DNA of 64,000 nucleotides from a virus: the IMG/VR virus record IMGVR_UViG_3300032322_001011, positions 1-64,000 of that record; one strand, written 5' to 3'. Below are positions 7,067 through 15,497 of this stretch, piece after piece. The notes below the pieces were generated by a model that saw only the letters and a program-made list of their open reading frames with translations, made no database searches and was not told the DNA's origin. How positions within the stretch are numbered: the stretch's first letter is position 1; each line of letters starts with the position of its first letter. A program made the translations under genes and the position numbers.

Positions 7067-8010
7067 ATTTAGAGCGAAATTTAGGTCTACTTAGGGCGAA
7101 AATGGGTGTGTACCCCCAATTTTTTTGGGGTGGGTCTATCTAGTGGGTGGGTGCTTATTGGCTAGTGGCCCCTCGCCCCCCTCTCAACCCTCACTTGAGA
7201 CTTAAGGGTGGGGGGTATCCCTCTACCTCTACTAGAGGGTTAGACATACAGCCATACTCTATACCTCTACTATAGGGATATACAGTATGCTGCCGAAGTG
7301 GTTTAGGGTTAGGGCAAACCCATATGGGCATTGGGTTTGGGCGTAGTTGAGGGTTTGTATTGCCCTGCACACTGGCTCATGGCATATCGATACCCCAGAG
7401 TGCCGCATTGCTCGAGTGATTACAGGCTCTAGGAGCGTCTAGGAGCGTTTACCCACGTATCGATCCCCATCCAGCGTCTACCACGCTCTACGGGGCTTAC
7501 AGGGGCTTCTCCTGCCCTGCATTTGGGTCTATGGAATGGGCATGAATCGGTATCGGGGACTAGGGGGAGATTTACCCTCACTTCTCCACGTGGACTCATT
7601 GGTATTGGCTCACCAGACACGCTGTAATCGCTTCTCACGCCGCTTCTGGGATCACTCGGTGATCGGTGGCTCTACACACTCCAGAGTGCTCTACGTGCTT
7701 CCCTTCTCTTCCCTCTGGGTGAGTGATGAGTGAATACATCGGGCGATTTGCAGGCCACCAAAAAGACCCCAGTTTCATTGGGCAATTTGTAGTGCTGCTT
7801 TACTCCCAATTTCAGCTCGGAATGGCAATGCCGGCACAGTGCCGTTCTCAATCAATCCCAATTTCATTGATGAATTGCCTGCACCCAACACCCATAACCA
7901 CCTGGCTTCTCCTCTTAGATCGCTTCTCAATGCGTGGTTTTCTCAGTGAATGGTGGGTTTTTGGGTCTTTGGGCGAAAAGCAGCGTTCTGCACGTTTCGC
8001 ACGTGGGCAT
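7067..8010. other. long non-coding gap at convergence of transcription; probable genome end/packaging region
   Basis: No credible ORF; G-tracts, short tandem repeats (CTAGGAGCGT x2), CCCA[AG]TTTCA x3. Confidence 0.45.
7182..7277. repeat. three dyads with 7-nt spacers at exact 38-bp period
   Basis: TCTCAA-ccctcac-TTGAGA, CCCTCTA-cctctac-TAGAGGG, CTCTATA-cctctac-TATAGGG; spacers start at 7188, 7226, 7264. Confidence 0.8.
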
Positions 8011-8043
8011 AAAAAAATCCCCCAGCATTTCTGCTGAGGGATT
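8011..8043 (-). terminator. intrinsic terminator, CAGCA-GAAA-TGCTG core (copy 1)
   Basis: GC stem with GAAA loop followed by T7 on the minus strand. Confidence 0.85.
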
Positions 8044-8070
8044 CTCTTCAGGGGGTCTGATTGATCTGGA

Positions 8071-8262
8071 CTACTTGGTGATCTTCTCCGCATCTGCCGA
8101 ATCTGCTTCCATCCACATATCGAACCCGTGATGATCCAGAAGCAGGGCTTTGGCATTGTCAATCGCTTGATCTTCAGTCTCGGCGGACAGGTGCATACTC
8201 AGCGAGAAGTAGTCCCCGTGAAATTGCACCTTCCACATCGTTTCTTTACGAGCGAGCCTCAC
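8071..8262 (-). CDS. small early hypothetical protein
   Basis: Overlaps the stop of the upstream gene; acidic, V.AE.EDQAI pattern. Confidence 0.55.
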   Translation of the reverse strand: MRLARKETMWKVQFHGDYFSLSMHLSAETEDQAIDNAKALLLDHHGFDMWMEADSADAEKITK

Positions 8263-8618
8263 TTGGATTCCTTTGCGATGTTCTCAGCGATCCAGTCACG
8301 CTTCAGCACTGCTTTGGCGAGATCATTCATCACTCCACGTAGCCCCATGTACTTCCACCACTCGTGCGGATTCTGGGTGAGCAATTCACGCTTGTCATCT
8401 CGGATCATTGTGTCCATCGCATCGTGCCACTGACGTAGTGCATTCCAAGCGGATTGAATCTCCATGTCTTCAATCGCTTCAATAGTGCCGCATTCACTGC
8501 AGATTTCGGTGGTGTTGTCACGGCGTGAGATTGCTCCTGCATACTCACCAGCGTGTTCTCGGTTTGGAATTGGCTCGCCACAGCGAGGGCAATCCTTGAT
8601 TTGATTCTGAACTGACAT
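8259..8618 (-). CDS. zinc-binding early protein
   Basis: CPRCG...AISRRDNTTEICSECG; GGAAGGA RBS. Confidence 0.75.
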   Translation of the reverse strand: MSVQNQIKDCPRCGEPIPNREHAGEYAGAISRRDNTTEICSECGTIEAIEDMEIQSAWNALRQWHDAMDTMIRDDKRELLTQNPHEWWKYMGLRGVMNDLAKAVLKRDWIAENIAKESK

Positions 8619-8669
8619 GGGTATTCCTTCCGTGTTGGGTTGATGCTGATCAAGCGACCAGCACCGCTC

Positions 8670-8698
8670 AATCTACGGCAAGGGTGTGCGAAGTGCAA
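8670..8698 (-). promoter_or_regulatory. early sigma70-type promoter
   Basis: TTGCAC-17-TAGATT. Confidence 0.7.
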
Positions 8699-8716
8699 TG
8701 ACCAATTTTGGGCATG

Positions 8717-8745
8717 AAAAAACCCCAGCATTTCTGCTGGGGCTT
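8717..8745 (-). terminator. intrinsic terminator, CAGCA-GAAA-TGCTG core (copy 2)
   Basis: CCCCAGCA-GAAA-TGCTGGGG followed by T6. Confidence 0.85.
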
Positions 8746-8771
8746 GATCACTTCTCTGGGGTGGCCTGAGA

Positions 8772-9596
8772 TCAACCGAGGTTCTTGGCACACTCGCTTC
8801 CCACTCCACGTGCTCGTGATGCATCATCGGTGAGTGTGCGATTGCAGATGTAACAACGTGACAGATTCTGGGCGAATTGCATTTGAGCCGCTTCCCACTC
8901 ATCCCACGACATTGCAGTGACCGTATCGATCACTCGCTTTGCTTCGGTCATTGACATCACTGGCGAATTGCTCACGAGATCAGCACCAACTGCTCCACCG
9001 ATTACACGCTTCAGTGTGTGAATCGCTCCTGCTTTACGCCTGCTCAACACGATGCCGTAGAAATCAAGATCATTGTTGCCAGTGTGCGAAGGCAATGCGA
9101 AGTATGCATCAGTGTCCATCTCTGAGCACTTCTGTGCAATGAACTCTTCAATTTGCTTCGCAAGAATTGATGCTGGTTTCGCTGGCTCAATGCATTCACC
9201 TTTGCAATGCCACGTAGACCAACCACTACGACTCAACACGGCAAGTCCAGAGTTGTAAGCGACATCGTGACCGCACAATTCGCATGGCTTTGCATACCTG
9301 TTTGCGATGATGCGTGTCATTCCCGTGATGCCTGCACCAACGATGTGTGAGCAGTCATGTGAGAAGGTCACTTCACCTTGCGATGCAGTGGTCACTTCAT
9401 CGGCTGGTTTTTCCTTCAACGTGCTGATCATCTGGCTGGCTCGTGACTTGGTGATGTTGCCGCTTTTCTCGGTGAGGTATGCACGTGCAGATTCAACATT
9501 TCGCTCAATGCCAAATATCGATGCACGTTCAACCATGAGTGACAGCAGGAACTTCATCTGGGCTTCTGTAATTGGTTCTTCAGTGTTGGTATTCAT
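8772..9596 (-). CDS. DUF6011-containing zinc-binding protein
   Basis: C-terminal CYICNRTLTDDASRARGVGSEC; N-terminal TEAQMKFL...TKSRASQMI. Confidence 0.75.
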   Translation of the reverse strand: MNTNTEEPITEAQMKFLLSLMVERASIFGIERNVESARAYLTEKSGNITKSRASQMISTLKEKPADEVTTASQGEVTFSHDCSHIVGAGITGMTRIIANRYAKPCELCGHDVAYNSGLAVLSRSGWSTWHCKGECIEPAKPASILAKQIEEFIAQKCSEMDTDAYFALPSHTGNNDLDFYGIVLSRRKAGAIHTLKRVIGGAVGADLVSNSPVMSMTEAKRVIDTVTAMSWDEWEAAQMQFAQNLSRCYICNRTLTDDASRARGVGSECAKNLG

Positions 9597-9639
9597 GTCG
9601 TGATCTCCTAATCACTTGGGGTTTGGGTTACTGGTCACT

Positions 9640-11124
9640 CTACAGCCCGTACTGGCGAAGTACAGCCATTGCGATTGACTGAGCGTCATCGTTCACGAGT
9701 TCAACGGTCTTCCCGTCTAGCACCGACTCCACGACTCGGTTCTTATGCTCAATCAATGCATAGATTCGCTCATCAATCGTGGTCGCTCCATCAATGCCAG
9801 CGAGCATGATCGTGCTCACTGTTTCTCTGGTCTGACCGTTACGGCTCACACGTGCTTCCAGTTGTGTGAGATCAGTTGATGACCAAGGCAATTCAGCACT
9901 GATGTGAATACGGCCTGACGTGAGTGTCAGACCCACAGATGCGGCAACCACGTTGCCCACGAGTACACGTGCTTCACCACTTTGGAATGCATCAACTGAT
10001 TTCATTTTTTCGACATCGCTCATTCCACCAGCAATGCGAACTGGTGATGAGTCAGCGAATGCAGTCATGTATGCATTCATCACGTCAGTGTGTGACGTGC
10101 TGATGAACACCTGCTCGCCTGCTTCAATGAGTTCACGTGCATACGTGGTGACTGCATCAATTTTTCCACGACCAACTATTGCTCGTAGTTCGTTCAAGCG
10201 AATCAATGCTTCTGCTTTCCACACGTTCTCTGCTTTTTTCTCACCTTTGGTGATCTTGATCCACTCGTAGAGATTGTCCTCTGCTCGCTCGTATTGCTTT
10301 GCACGTGCAGAGTCCATCTCAACAGCGAGAACTGTTCTGCCGTGATTCGGCAACGTGAGCACCTCATCACGCCTCATTCGGAGCATGAATGAATCGCACA
10401 GCACTTGATTGAGTTCCTTCAAGTTCTGTGATCCACGTGTACCGAAATCATCGATACGTGGTGCGTAACGTGCCAAGAATCCACGCTCACCTTGTGGGAA
10501 TGTTGATTGACGATCAAGCATTCTGATGATCGGAATGAGATCAGTCGGGCGAGCAATAAGCGGCGTTCCCGACATTGCAATGCGAATACCAGACATCGGA
10601 ATGCTCGTGGCAAGGCGAAGAATTGCAGTGGAGCGTTGTGCTCGCTTGTCCTTGATTCTCTGGCATTCATCAACAATTATTCCGTTGATGTTTCCGATGA
10701 GAAGCGGCAACCAGCCCTTCACCTGTGTGTCACCACACAGCAATACATCGGCTTGTGGCAACTGCAATTTCATCTTCACTGGCATTGTTCCTTCAAGCGT
10801 TTGCACGTTCAACGATGGAGCGAAACGTGCGAACTCACGTGCGAATTGCAATCGCATTGATGGTGGACACACAACCAGAATTGGACTCATGCCTGCATCA
10901 ACTGCTGACAAGCAAATTGAAATTGCAGTTGCGGTCTTACCAGTTCCCATGTCAAGTGCCAACAATGCAGTGTTGCGATTGTCTTTGCGATTGATCACAA
11001 ACTCAACTGCTTTCACTTGGTGATCCATCAATGGAATTGCAGTTGGGATATATCGATACTGAACAGGCTCAACTTCGTTGAACAGATTCAGAATTGCTGA
11101 GTTGGATTGGGCTTGTGTGATCAT
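9640..11124 (-). CDS. SNF2-family helicase (early)
   Basis: DMGTGKT, DECQ, SGTP, VGLTLT, QLEARVSRNGQ; start reassigned to ATG 11124 after AGGAG. Confidence 0.9.
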   Translation of the reverse strand: MITQAQSNSAILNLFNEVEPVQYRYIPTAIPLMDHQVKAVEFVINRKDNRNTALLALDMGTGKTATAISICLSAVDAGMSPILVVCPPSMRLQFAREFARFAPSLNVQTLEGTMPVKMKLQLPQADVLLCGDTQVKGWLPLLIGNINGIIVDECQRIKDKRAQRSTAILRLATSIPMSGIRIAMSGTPLIARPTDLIPIIRMLDRQSTFPQGERGFLARYAPRIDDFGTRGSQNLKELNQVLCDSFMLRMRRDEVLTLPNHGRTVLAVEMDSARAKQYERAEDNLYEWIKITKGEKKAENVWKAEALIRLNELRAIVGRGKIDAVTTYARELIEAGEQVFISTSHTDVMNAYMTAFADSSPVRIAGGMSDVEKMKSVDAFQSGEARVLVGNVVAASVGLTLTSGRIHISAELPWSSTDLTQLEARVSRNGQTRETVSTIMLAGIDGATTIDERIYALIEHKNRVVESVLDGKTVELVNDDAQSIAMAVLRQYGL

Positions 11125-11193
11125 GATTGTCTCCTTTGTTGGGTTCTGGCATCTTAGCCACGTCAATGCCCAATTCCACTGATGGTTCAATGC

Positions 11194-11258
11194 AAAAAAA
11201 ACGTGGGGCTGGAGTCCTGCAATGTGGGGGACATTACAGACTTTTCCAGCCCCACGTT
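11194..11258 (-). terminator. long hairpin terminator with CCCCC loop
   Basis: AACGTGGGGCTGGA...TCCAGCCCCACGTT outer stem, inner stem, T8 tail on the minus strand. Confidence 0.8.
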
Positions 11259-11280
11259 CAGTGAGGTGAACCAGATGCGG

Positions 11281-12339
11281 CTACGCCGTGATCAGTTCAA
11301 GTTTCTGCATCACCAACTTGTCGTAGTCCGACTGCTGATTGGTGAGCAACTTGGTGTAGTTGCGGTTGTAGCGGTTCTTATCAGAGCCACTGAAGTGCTG
11401 GTGGAATGTGGTGGTGGCCTGAACAACACCAAGTGCTGTGTTCTTCCAAGGCGTTACTCGTGGGTCTGTTCGCCACAAACCATTGAGCAAGTCACGCTTT
11501 GGATTCTGCTTGCCAGCCGAACGTGTGTCCTGTGCATCAATCGTCTGGGTGATTGTCTTGCCACTTGGATCAACAAACGTCACTTCCTGCATTGAGATTG
11601 GGAACAAGTCCTTCACCAGCGCATCAAACTGATCGTCAGTCACCTTCCATGCGGTCAAGCGATCCAGTTCACGCATCATTTCATCGCCCATTGTGTAAAC
11701 GATTTCAAGTGCTTGGCGGATTGATTCCAAGCCCTGCACCTGATCGCCCTTGTGACGAATCCTCACGGTGTTGCTGTTCTCTGCCATTGCAATCGTGAGC
11801 GTGTTATCGCACACAACAGCCTGTGCAACTCGCTTGAAGTTCATTGACGTGTATCCGTCATGTGACGTTGTTCCGATCAATGTTGGGCGAATTGCGAACC
11901 CGTCTTGTGTGGTCAAGTTCTCTGGCACTGAGATTTGCACCCAAGCCTTTGCACCCTTCTGGAGCAGTCCTGCTGAGTCAATTCCCAAGTCTTTGGAATC
12001 AAGAATGTTTGACAGGTTGTCCAACAGTGCGGCATCAAACTGGTGAATCTTGTATCGATCAGACACAACACCGAACACATCGCCAGTGACGCTGTGTGTA
12101 ACTGCTTGTTTGCCTTCAATGATCTTGAATGAACCATCTGCGTTTTGTGCGTACACAGGCTTGCTCACTGCTTCAAAGTTGAAGAGTCTGCGCTTGACAT
12201 CCTCTACAGGAACGAATCCGTCATAGTGGTTTGACTCATCGCCTTGCTCTTCTGCTCGCCAGTGCCAAGCCTTGCCACGCTTGAGGGCATTCCCAATAAG
12301 GGTCATGCGGTTCAACCAACCGCTTGTTTCTGCTGACAT
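11281..12339 (-). CDS. DUF932 (phage/plasmid LGT_TIGR03299-like) protein
   Basis: AWH, SAGLL..G.KAW, TSHDG, VVCDNTL, IRH motifs. Confidence 0.9.
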   Translation of the reverse strand: MSAETSGWLNRMTLIGNALKRGKAWHWRAEEQGDESNHYDGFVPVEDVKRRLFNFEAVSKPVYAQNADGSFKIIEGKQAVTHSVTGDVFGVVSDRYKIHQFDAALLDNLSNILDSKDLGIDSAGLLQKGAKAWVQISVPENLTTQDGFAIRPTLIGTTSHDGYTSMNFKRVAQAVVCDNTLTIAMAENSNTVRIRHKGDQVQGLESIRQALEIVYTMGDEMMRELDRLTAWKVTDDQFDALVKDLFPISMQEVTFVDPSGKTITQTIDAQDTRSAGKQNPKRDLLNGLWRTDPRVTPWKNTALGVVQATTTFHQHFSGSDKNRYNRNYTKLLTNQQSDYDKLVMQKLELITA

Positions 12340-12389
12340 GATATTGCTTCTTTCTCCGCACGTTGGCGGTGTTTGGGTTTAGGACATAG

Positions 12390-12418
12390 ATTCAATCAGA
12401 CGTGGGACTATAAAGCAA
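12390..12418 (-). promoter_or_regulatory. early promoter
   Basis: TTGCTT-17-TTGAAT upstream of DUF932. Confidence 0.55.
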
Positions 12419-12480
12419 CCTGCTCCCACGTTATTTTTTCAGCCTTATTTCGTAAGGGCGTGAGGGTGGCCGCATAAATG

Positions 12481-12510
12481 AAAAAGCACCAGCATTTCTG
12501 CTGGTGCTCT
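12481..12510 (-). terminator. intrinsic terminator, CAGCA-GAAA-TGCTG core (copy 3)
   Basis: AGCACCAGCA-GAAA-TGCTGGTGCT followed by T-run. Confidence 0.85.
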
Positions 12511-12579
12511 CCATTCCCTGATTGGGGCGGATCGTCTGATCATTGCGGAGGCTTTGATCAAACTCCCAATCAGAAACCC

Positions 12580-12903
12580 TTATCGATTTTGGTACGTGGG
12601 CAAAGCATCTTCCAACGTGCGCTCGTACTCACCATTCCCTGCCGAGAATCCTTCTGGGCGAGCAATGACTGTCCACACAACGAATGGTGTGTAGTTGTTG
12701 TCTGGAAGAAAGCACAACGCTTTCCATGATGCGTACGTTTCACCAACAACACGTTCTCCTCGCCTTTCGCATTCAATGACAACTCCACCAGTTGTACCGA
12801 TGATGTCACCACGCTTCAGCACGTTGTACGTGTTGTCACGTGGTGGTGGTGTGTCCATGATTTGATCAACAAGCACTTTGAATGCTTGAAATTGACTGTC
12901 CAT
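12580..12903 (-). CDS. early hypothetical protein
   Basis: Start reassigned to ATG 12903 after GAAGGAG; TPFVVW...G.Y pattern. Confidence 0.7.
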   Translation of the reverse strand: MDSQFQAFKVLVDQIMDTPPPRDNTYNVLKRGDIIGTTGGVVIECERRGERVVGETYASWKALCFLPDNNYTPFVVWTVIARPEGFSAGNGEYERTLEDALPTYQNR

Positions 12904-12933
12904 TTTTGCTCCTTCGTTAGGTTTGGGGTAGTC

Positions 12934-12962
12934 AGGATATCTGCTGGTTGGGGACATTGCAA
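12934..12962 (-). promoter_or_regulatory. early promoter
   Basis: TTGCAA-17-TATCCT. Confidence 0.7.
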
Positions 12963-13030
12963 CTATTCCCACAGAAGATAAATAATCAATGCTGTGTAGA
13001 AGATGCACCAGCCCACTGTGGAGTAATTGA

Positions 13031-13600
13031 TCATCTCCATCCCTTGTCACGGTAGTAAAGCGGCGTGTTTGCATCCCACAGTTCCTTCAGCGTTTTCTGT
13101 GAGTTCTGATATCTGATTGATTGTTGTCGGACTGTGTTGAAGACCATGTGTGCAAACGCTGGTGATTCAAGCAAAGACATTACGATGTTTCTGAAGTTCT
13201 CAGGCTCAAGCATTTCAACTTGTGCTTCAAGCGCATCAATTCTGTTGCAAATGTTGTTCAACCATTCAGGTGCATCTTCAACTTCTTCATCTTGTGATGA
13301 TGAATCCTGATATCGAAATGCGTTGCCAATTTCTAAACGCTGAGAATACGTTTTGTCTGAGTCCAGTGTAAAAAACAAAATGTCATCGTTATCAACGTAC
13401 CCACGAATATTTCCGCATTTCGGAATGCGAATCAATGTGGTGTCATCGTCAGAATCGTCATCCAGCACATATGCACCTTCCAACATTTCTGCTGGTAGCC
13501 ATTGTGTCTCTTCACCAACAATGACTCTTATGCGACTTTTGACGTACAAGCGTTGGTGTGGGCGGTAACTGTCTGCGACATTCCAATCTTTTTCGCTCAT
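13031..13600 (-). CDS. early hypothetical protein
   Basis: Acidic ORF abutting the upstream gene; start uncertain. Confidence 0.6.
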   Translation of the reverse strand: MSEKDWNVADSYRPHQRLYVKSRIRVIVGEETQWLPAEMLEGAYVLDDDSDDDTTLIRIPKCGNIRGYVDNDDILFFTLDSDKTYSQRLEIGNAFRYQDSSSQDEEVEDAPEWLNNICNRIDALEAQVEMLEPENFRNIVMSLLESPAFAHMVFNTVRQQSIRYQNSQKTLKELWDANTPLYYRDKGWR

Positions 13601-13601
13601 G

Positions 13602-14006
13602 TCACTCACCATCCTCATCGCACTCGCACTCTTCCATTGTCTCGCCGCATTCCATGCATTCTTCTTCATCCATGTCTGGGAAATCTGAGAAATAGATTGT
13701 CACTGAAGCAACACGCCCGTCTTCAATCGTTGCGTAAACAGGGTACGTTCCATCTCCCCATCCCGATGAAGTTGCAACTCCTAATCCAACTTGCCCACCT
13801 TGTGCTGGCTTGTTGATTGTGACATCGCACGTTGATGAATAACTGAACTTTGTTCCGTGACGGTTACCTACCCACTCTTGCCAGTTGTAATCATCGCTAT
13901 CGAAATCTTTGATGTAGCAAGGATCAACGAGCATTATCTGGCCTGAATCAACAGGACACTCTCCGATCTTGACTGTTCCGTTTTGGATTCTCTCTTGTGT
14001 TTTCAC
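13602..14006 (-). CDS. DUF4241-like protein
   Basis: VDSGQIMLVDPCY ... SSGWGDGTYPVYA. Confidence 0.8.
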   Translation of the reverse strand: MKTQERIQNGTVKIGECPVDSGQIMLVDPCYIKDFDSDDYNWQEWVGNRHGTKFSYSSTCDVTINKPAQGGQVGLGVATSSGWGDGTYPVYATIEDGRVASVTIYFSDFPDMDEEECMECGETMEECECDEDGE

Positions 14007-14009
14007 TGC

Positions 14010-14570
14010 TTACTCTCCTTGTTTCTTGTTTGGGTATTTGAACTCATCTGATGGACTTGGAACACTATCAACAAACTCTGGCAACCACCACTCGTGGTAT
14101 GAACGATGTTTGTTTGGGTTACGTAATGGGAACATTGCAAAGTTTCCATGTGACTCAACGCTATTGACGATGAAATCAAATGCTTCTCCACCGTCAGCAA
14201 ATGATCCGTAGAACTTTCCTAACACATTGTCTGGAAGACTCAACATCACAATGCATTCCATTGGGCAATCTTCAAGTGCTTTTTTGCGGCTTGTTTCTCG
14301 GTTGCTCATGTTGAACTGTGGCTCACCAAAGAGAATGAAATCTTCACCGTTTGTTTCATCAAACAATGTTGGAAATGCTTCTCGTGATGCGTAGAAAAAG
14401 ATCATGTCATCTGGTATCCCAGTGAATGAACAACGATCATTTTGTTCATCGTATTCACCGAATGAAACGTAGACAGTTTTGTATTCCGATATCCCTAATT
14501 CAAGATCATCGAAATATGCACACTCAGCCCATGCTCCTGATGCACCTTCTGGAACGATTATGTCGCTCAT
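14010..14570 (-). CDS. early hypothetical protein (acidic)
   Basis: ATG 14570 after GGAAGGA. Confidence 0.6.
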   Translation of the reverse strand: MSDIIVPEGASGAWAECAYFDDLELGISEYKTVYVSFGEYDEQNDRCSFTGIPDDMIFFYASREAFPTLFDETNGEDFILFGEPQFNMSNRETSRKKALEDCPMECIVMLSLPDNVLGKFYGSFADGGEAFDFIVNSVESHGNFAMFPLRNPNKHRSYHEWWLPEFVDSVPSPSDEFKYPNKKQGE

Positions 14571-14572
14571 GT

Positions 14573-15052
14573 TTAGTTTCCTTCCCTTTGTGACCAAATG
14601 ATTTCAATTTCTTCTCTCATTGCCCGTGTGAATGTATCCCACATATGATCACTATTCAAGCACCCTGCAAACCATTGCAGTTTTTCTTCACCTGATTTAC
14701 CTTGAACAAGTGCTGTGAAATATTCTGCTTTTGCGGCATCCTCAGATTCTTCACCTTCTGGATCATCAACAGCCATTGGAAAATAGAACTCAATGTTCTC
14801 TTCAAGTTCTTGACGAATTGCATTTGGACTAAATGCAATGCAGTTTGAGTAATTCAAATCACCGTAACCGCACCCATCAAGCATTGGTCGCAATTCTTTT
14901 CCAACTTGATCTGCAATTTCTATTGCATCACCATCGCCACCTTCAAACAGTGTTTTCACTTCTTCTGCTGTTAGTTCGTTGGTATCAACAATGACACAAT
15001 GCTCCACGTACAGGATTGTTCCTGATTGTTGGCAAATGATTATTTTGGACAT
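14573..15052 (-). CDS. early hypothetical protein (acidic)
   Basis: ATG 15052 after AAAGGAG. Confidence 0.65.
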   Translation of the reverse strand: MSKIIICQQSGTILYVEHCVIVDTNELTAEEVKTLFEGGDGDAIEIADQVGKELRPMLDGCGYGDLNYSNCIAFSPNAIRQELEENIEFYFPMAVDDPEGEESEDAAKAEYFTALVQGKSGEEKLQWFAGCLNSDHMWDTFTRAMREEIEIIWSQREGN

Positions 15053-15079
15053 TTTCTCTCCTTTGTTGTTGGGACTCTC

Positions 15080-15108
15080 ATTGAACCAGTTCGGAACACA
15101 CATTGCAA
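15080..15108 (-). promoter_or_regulatory. early promoter
   Basis: TTGCAA-17-TTCAAT. Confidence 0.55.
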
Positions 15109-15124
15109 CCTTTTTCCATAGAAA

Positions 15125-15275
15125 TGCGAAAGTCCCCAGATGCCCCTCACAGGAAAGGCATTATCTGGGGACTCAATCCGCACCGAAACCCAAATCAGTG
15201 CGGCATTACCTCTGCTATTACTCAGAGGCTCGCTGACCACCCACTCAGCGAAAGGAGGAAAGAGAGTAGGTGATC
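15125..15275 (-). ncRNA. candidate four-hairpin small RNA
   Basis: Hairpins at 15131-15173, 15178-15203, 15209-15228, 15231-15250; a G-U pair favours the minus strand. Confidence 0.55.
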
Positions 15276-15281
15276 AATCTT

Positions 15282-15497
15282 TTACCAAAGTGCTTTGACG
15301 TACTTGTGTGTTTCTTCTGCCACAGCATCTTTGTGAAATGGATCGTGCATTGATGAGCGAAGTGTTTCGGCAACATCAGATCGCACATTGGACAAAACAT
15401 TGAAATAGGCTTGACCGTATCTCCACGATGGTTTGAATTGGTGGTAATACTTATCAACACGTTCTAAAAACTCATCGTATGAAATCTTTTCTTTCAT
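15282..15497 (-). CDS. conserved small phage protein
   Basis: WRYGQAYFNVL...DPFH.D. Confidence 0.75.
   Translation of the reverse strand: MKEKISYDEFLERVDKYYHQFKPSWRYGQAYFNVLSNVRSDVAETLRSSMHDPFHKDAVAEETHKYVKALW

Noticed and set aside
7182-7277. CRISPR-like mini-array
   Set aside because: Only three degenerate units with ~17-nt gaps, arms not identical and no adjacent cas genes
7429-8162. ORFs in the non-coding gap (7429-7638, 7536-7733, 7723-8037, 7848-8162)
   Set aside because: Atypical composition, they cross a terminator or repeats, and they have no coupling to neighbours; a possible 17-codon ORF after AAGAGGAG near 7900 is too weak to call
15125-15275. tRNA or tmRNA
   Set aside because: Hairpins are serial, not a cloverleaf; no TTCRA T-loop or CCA end
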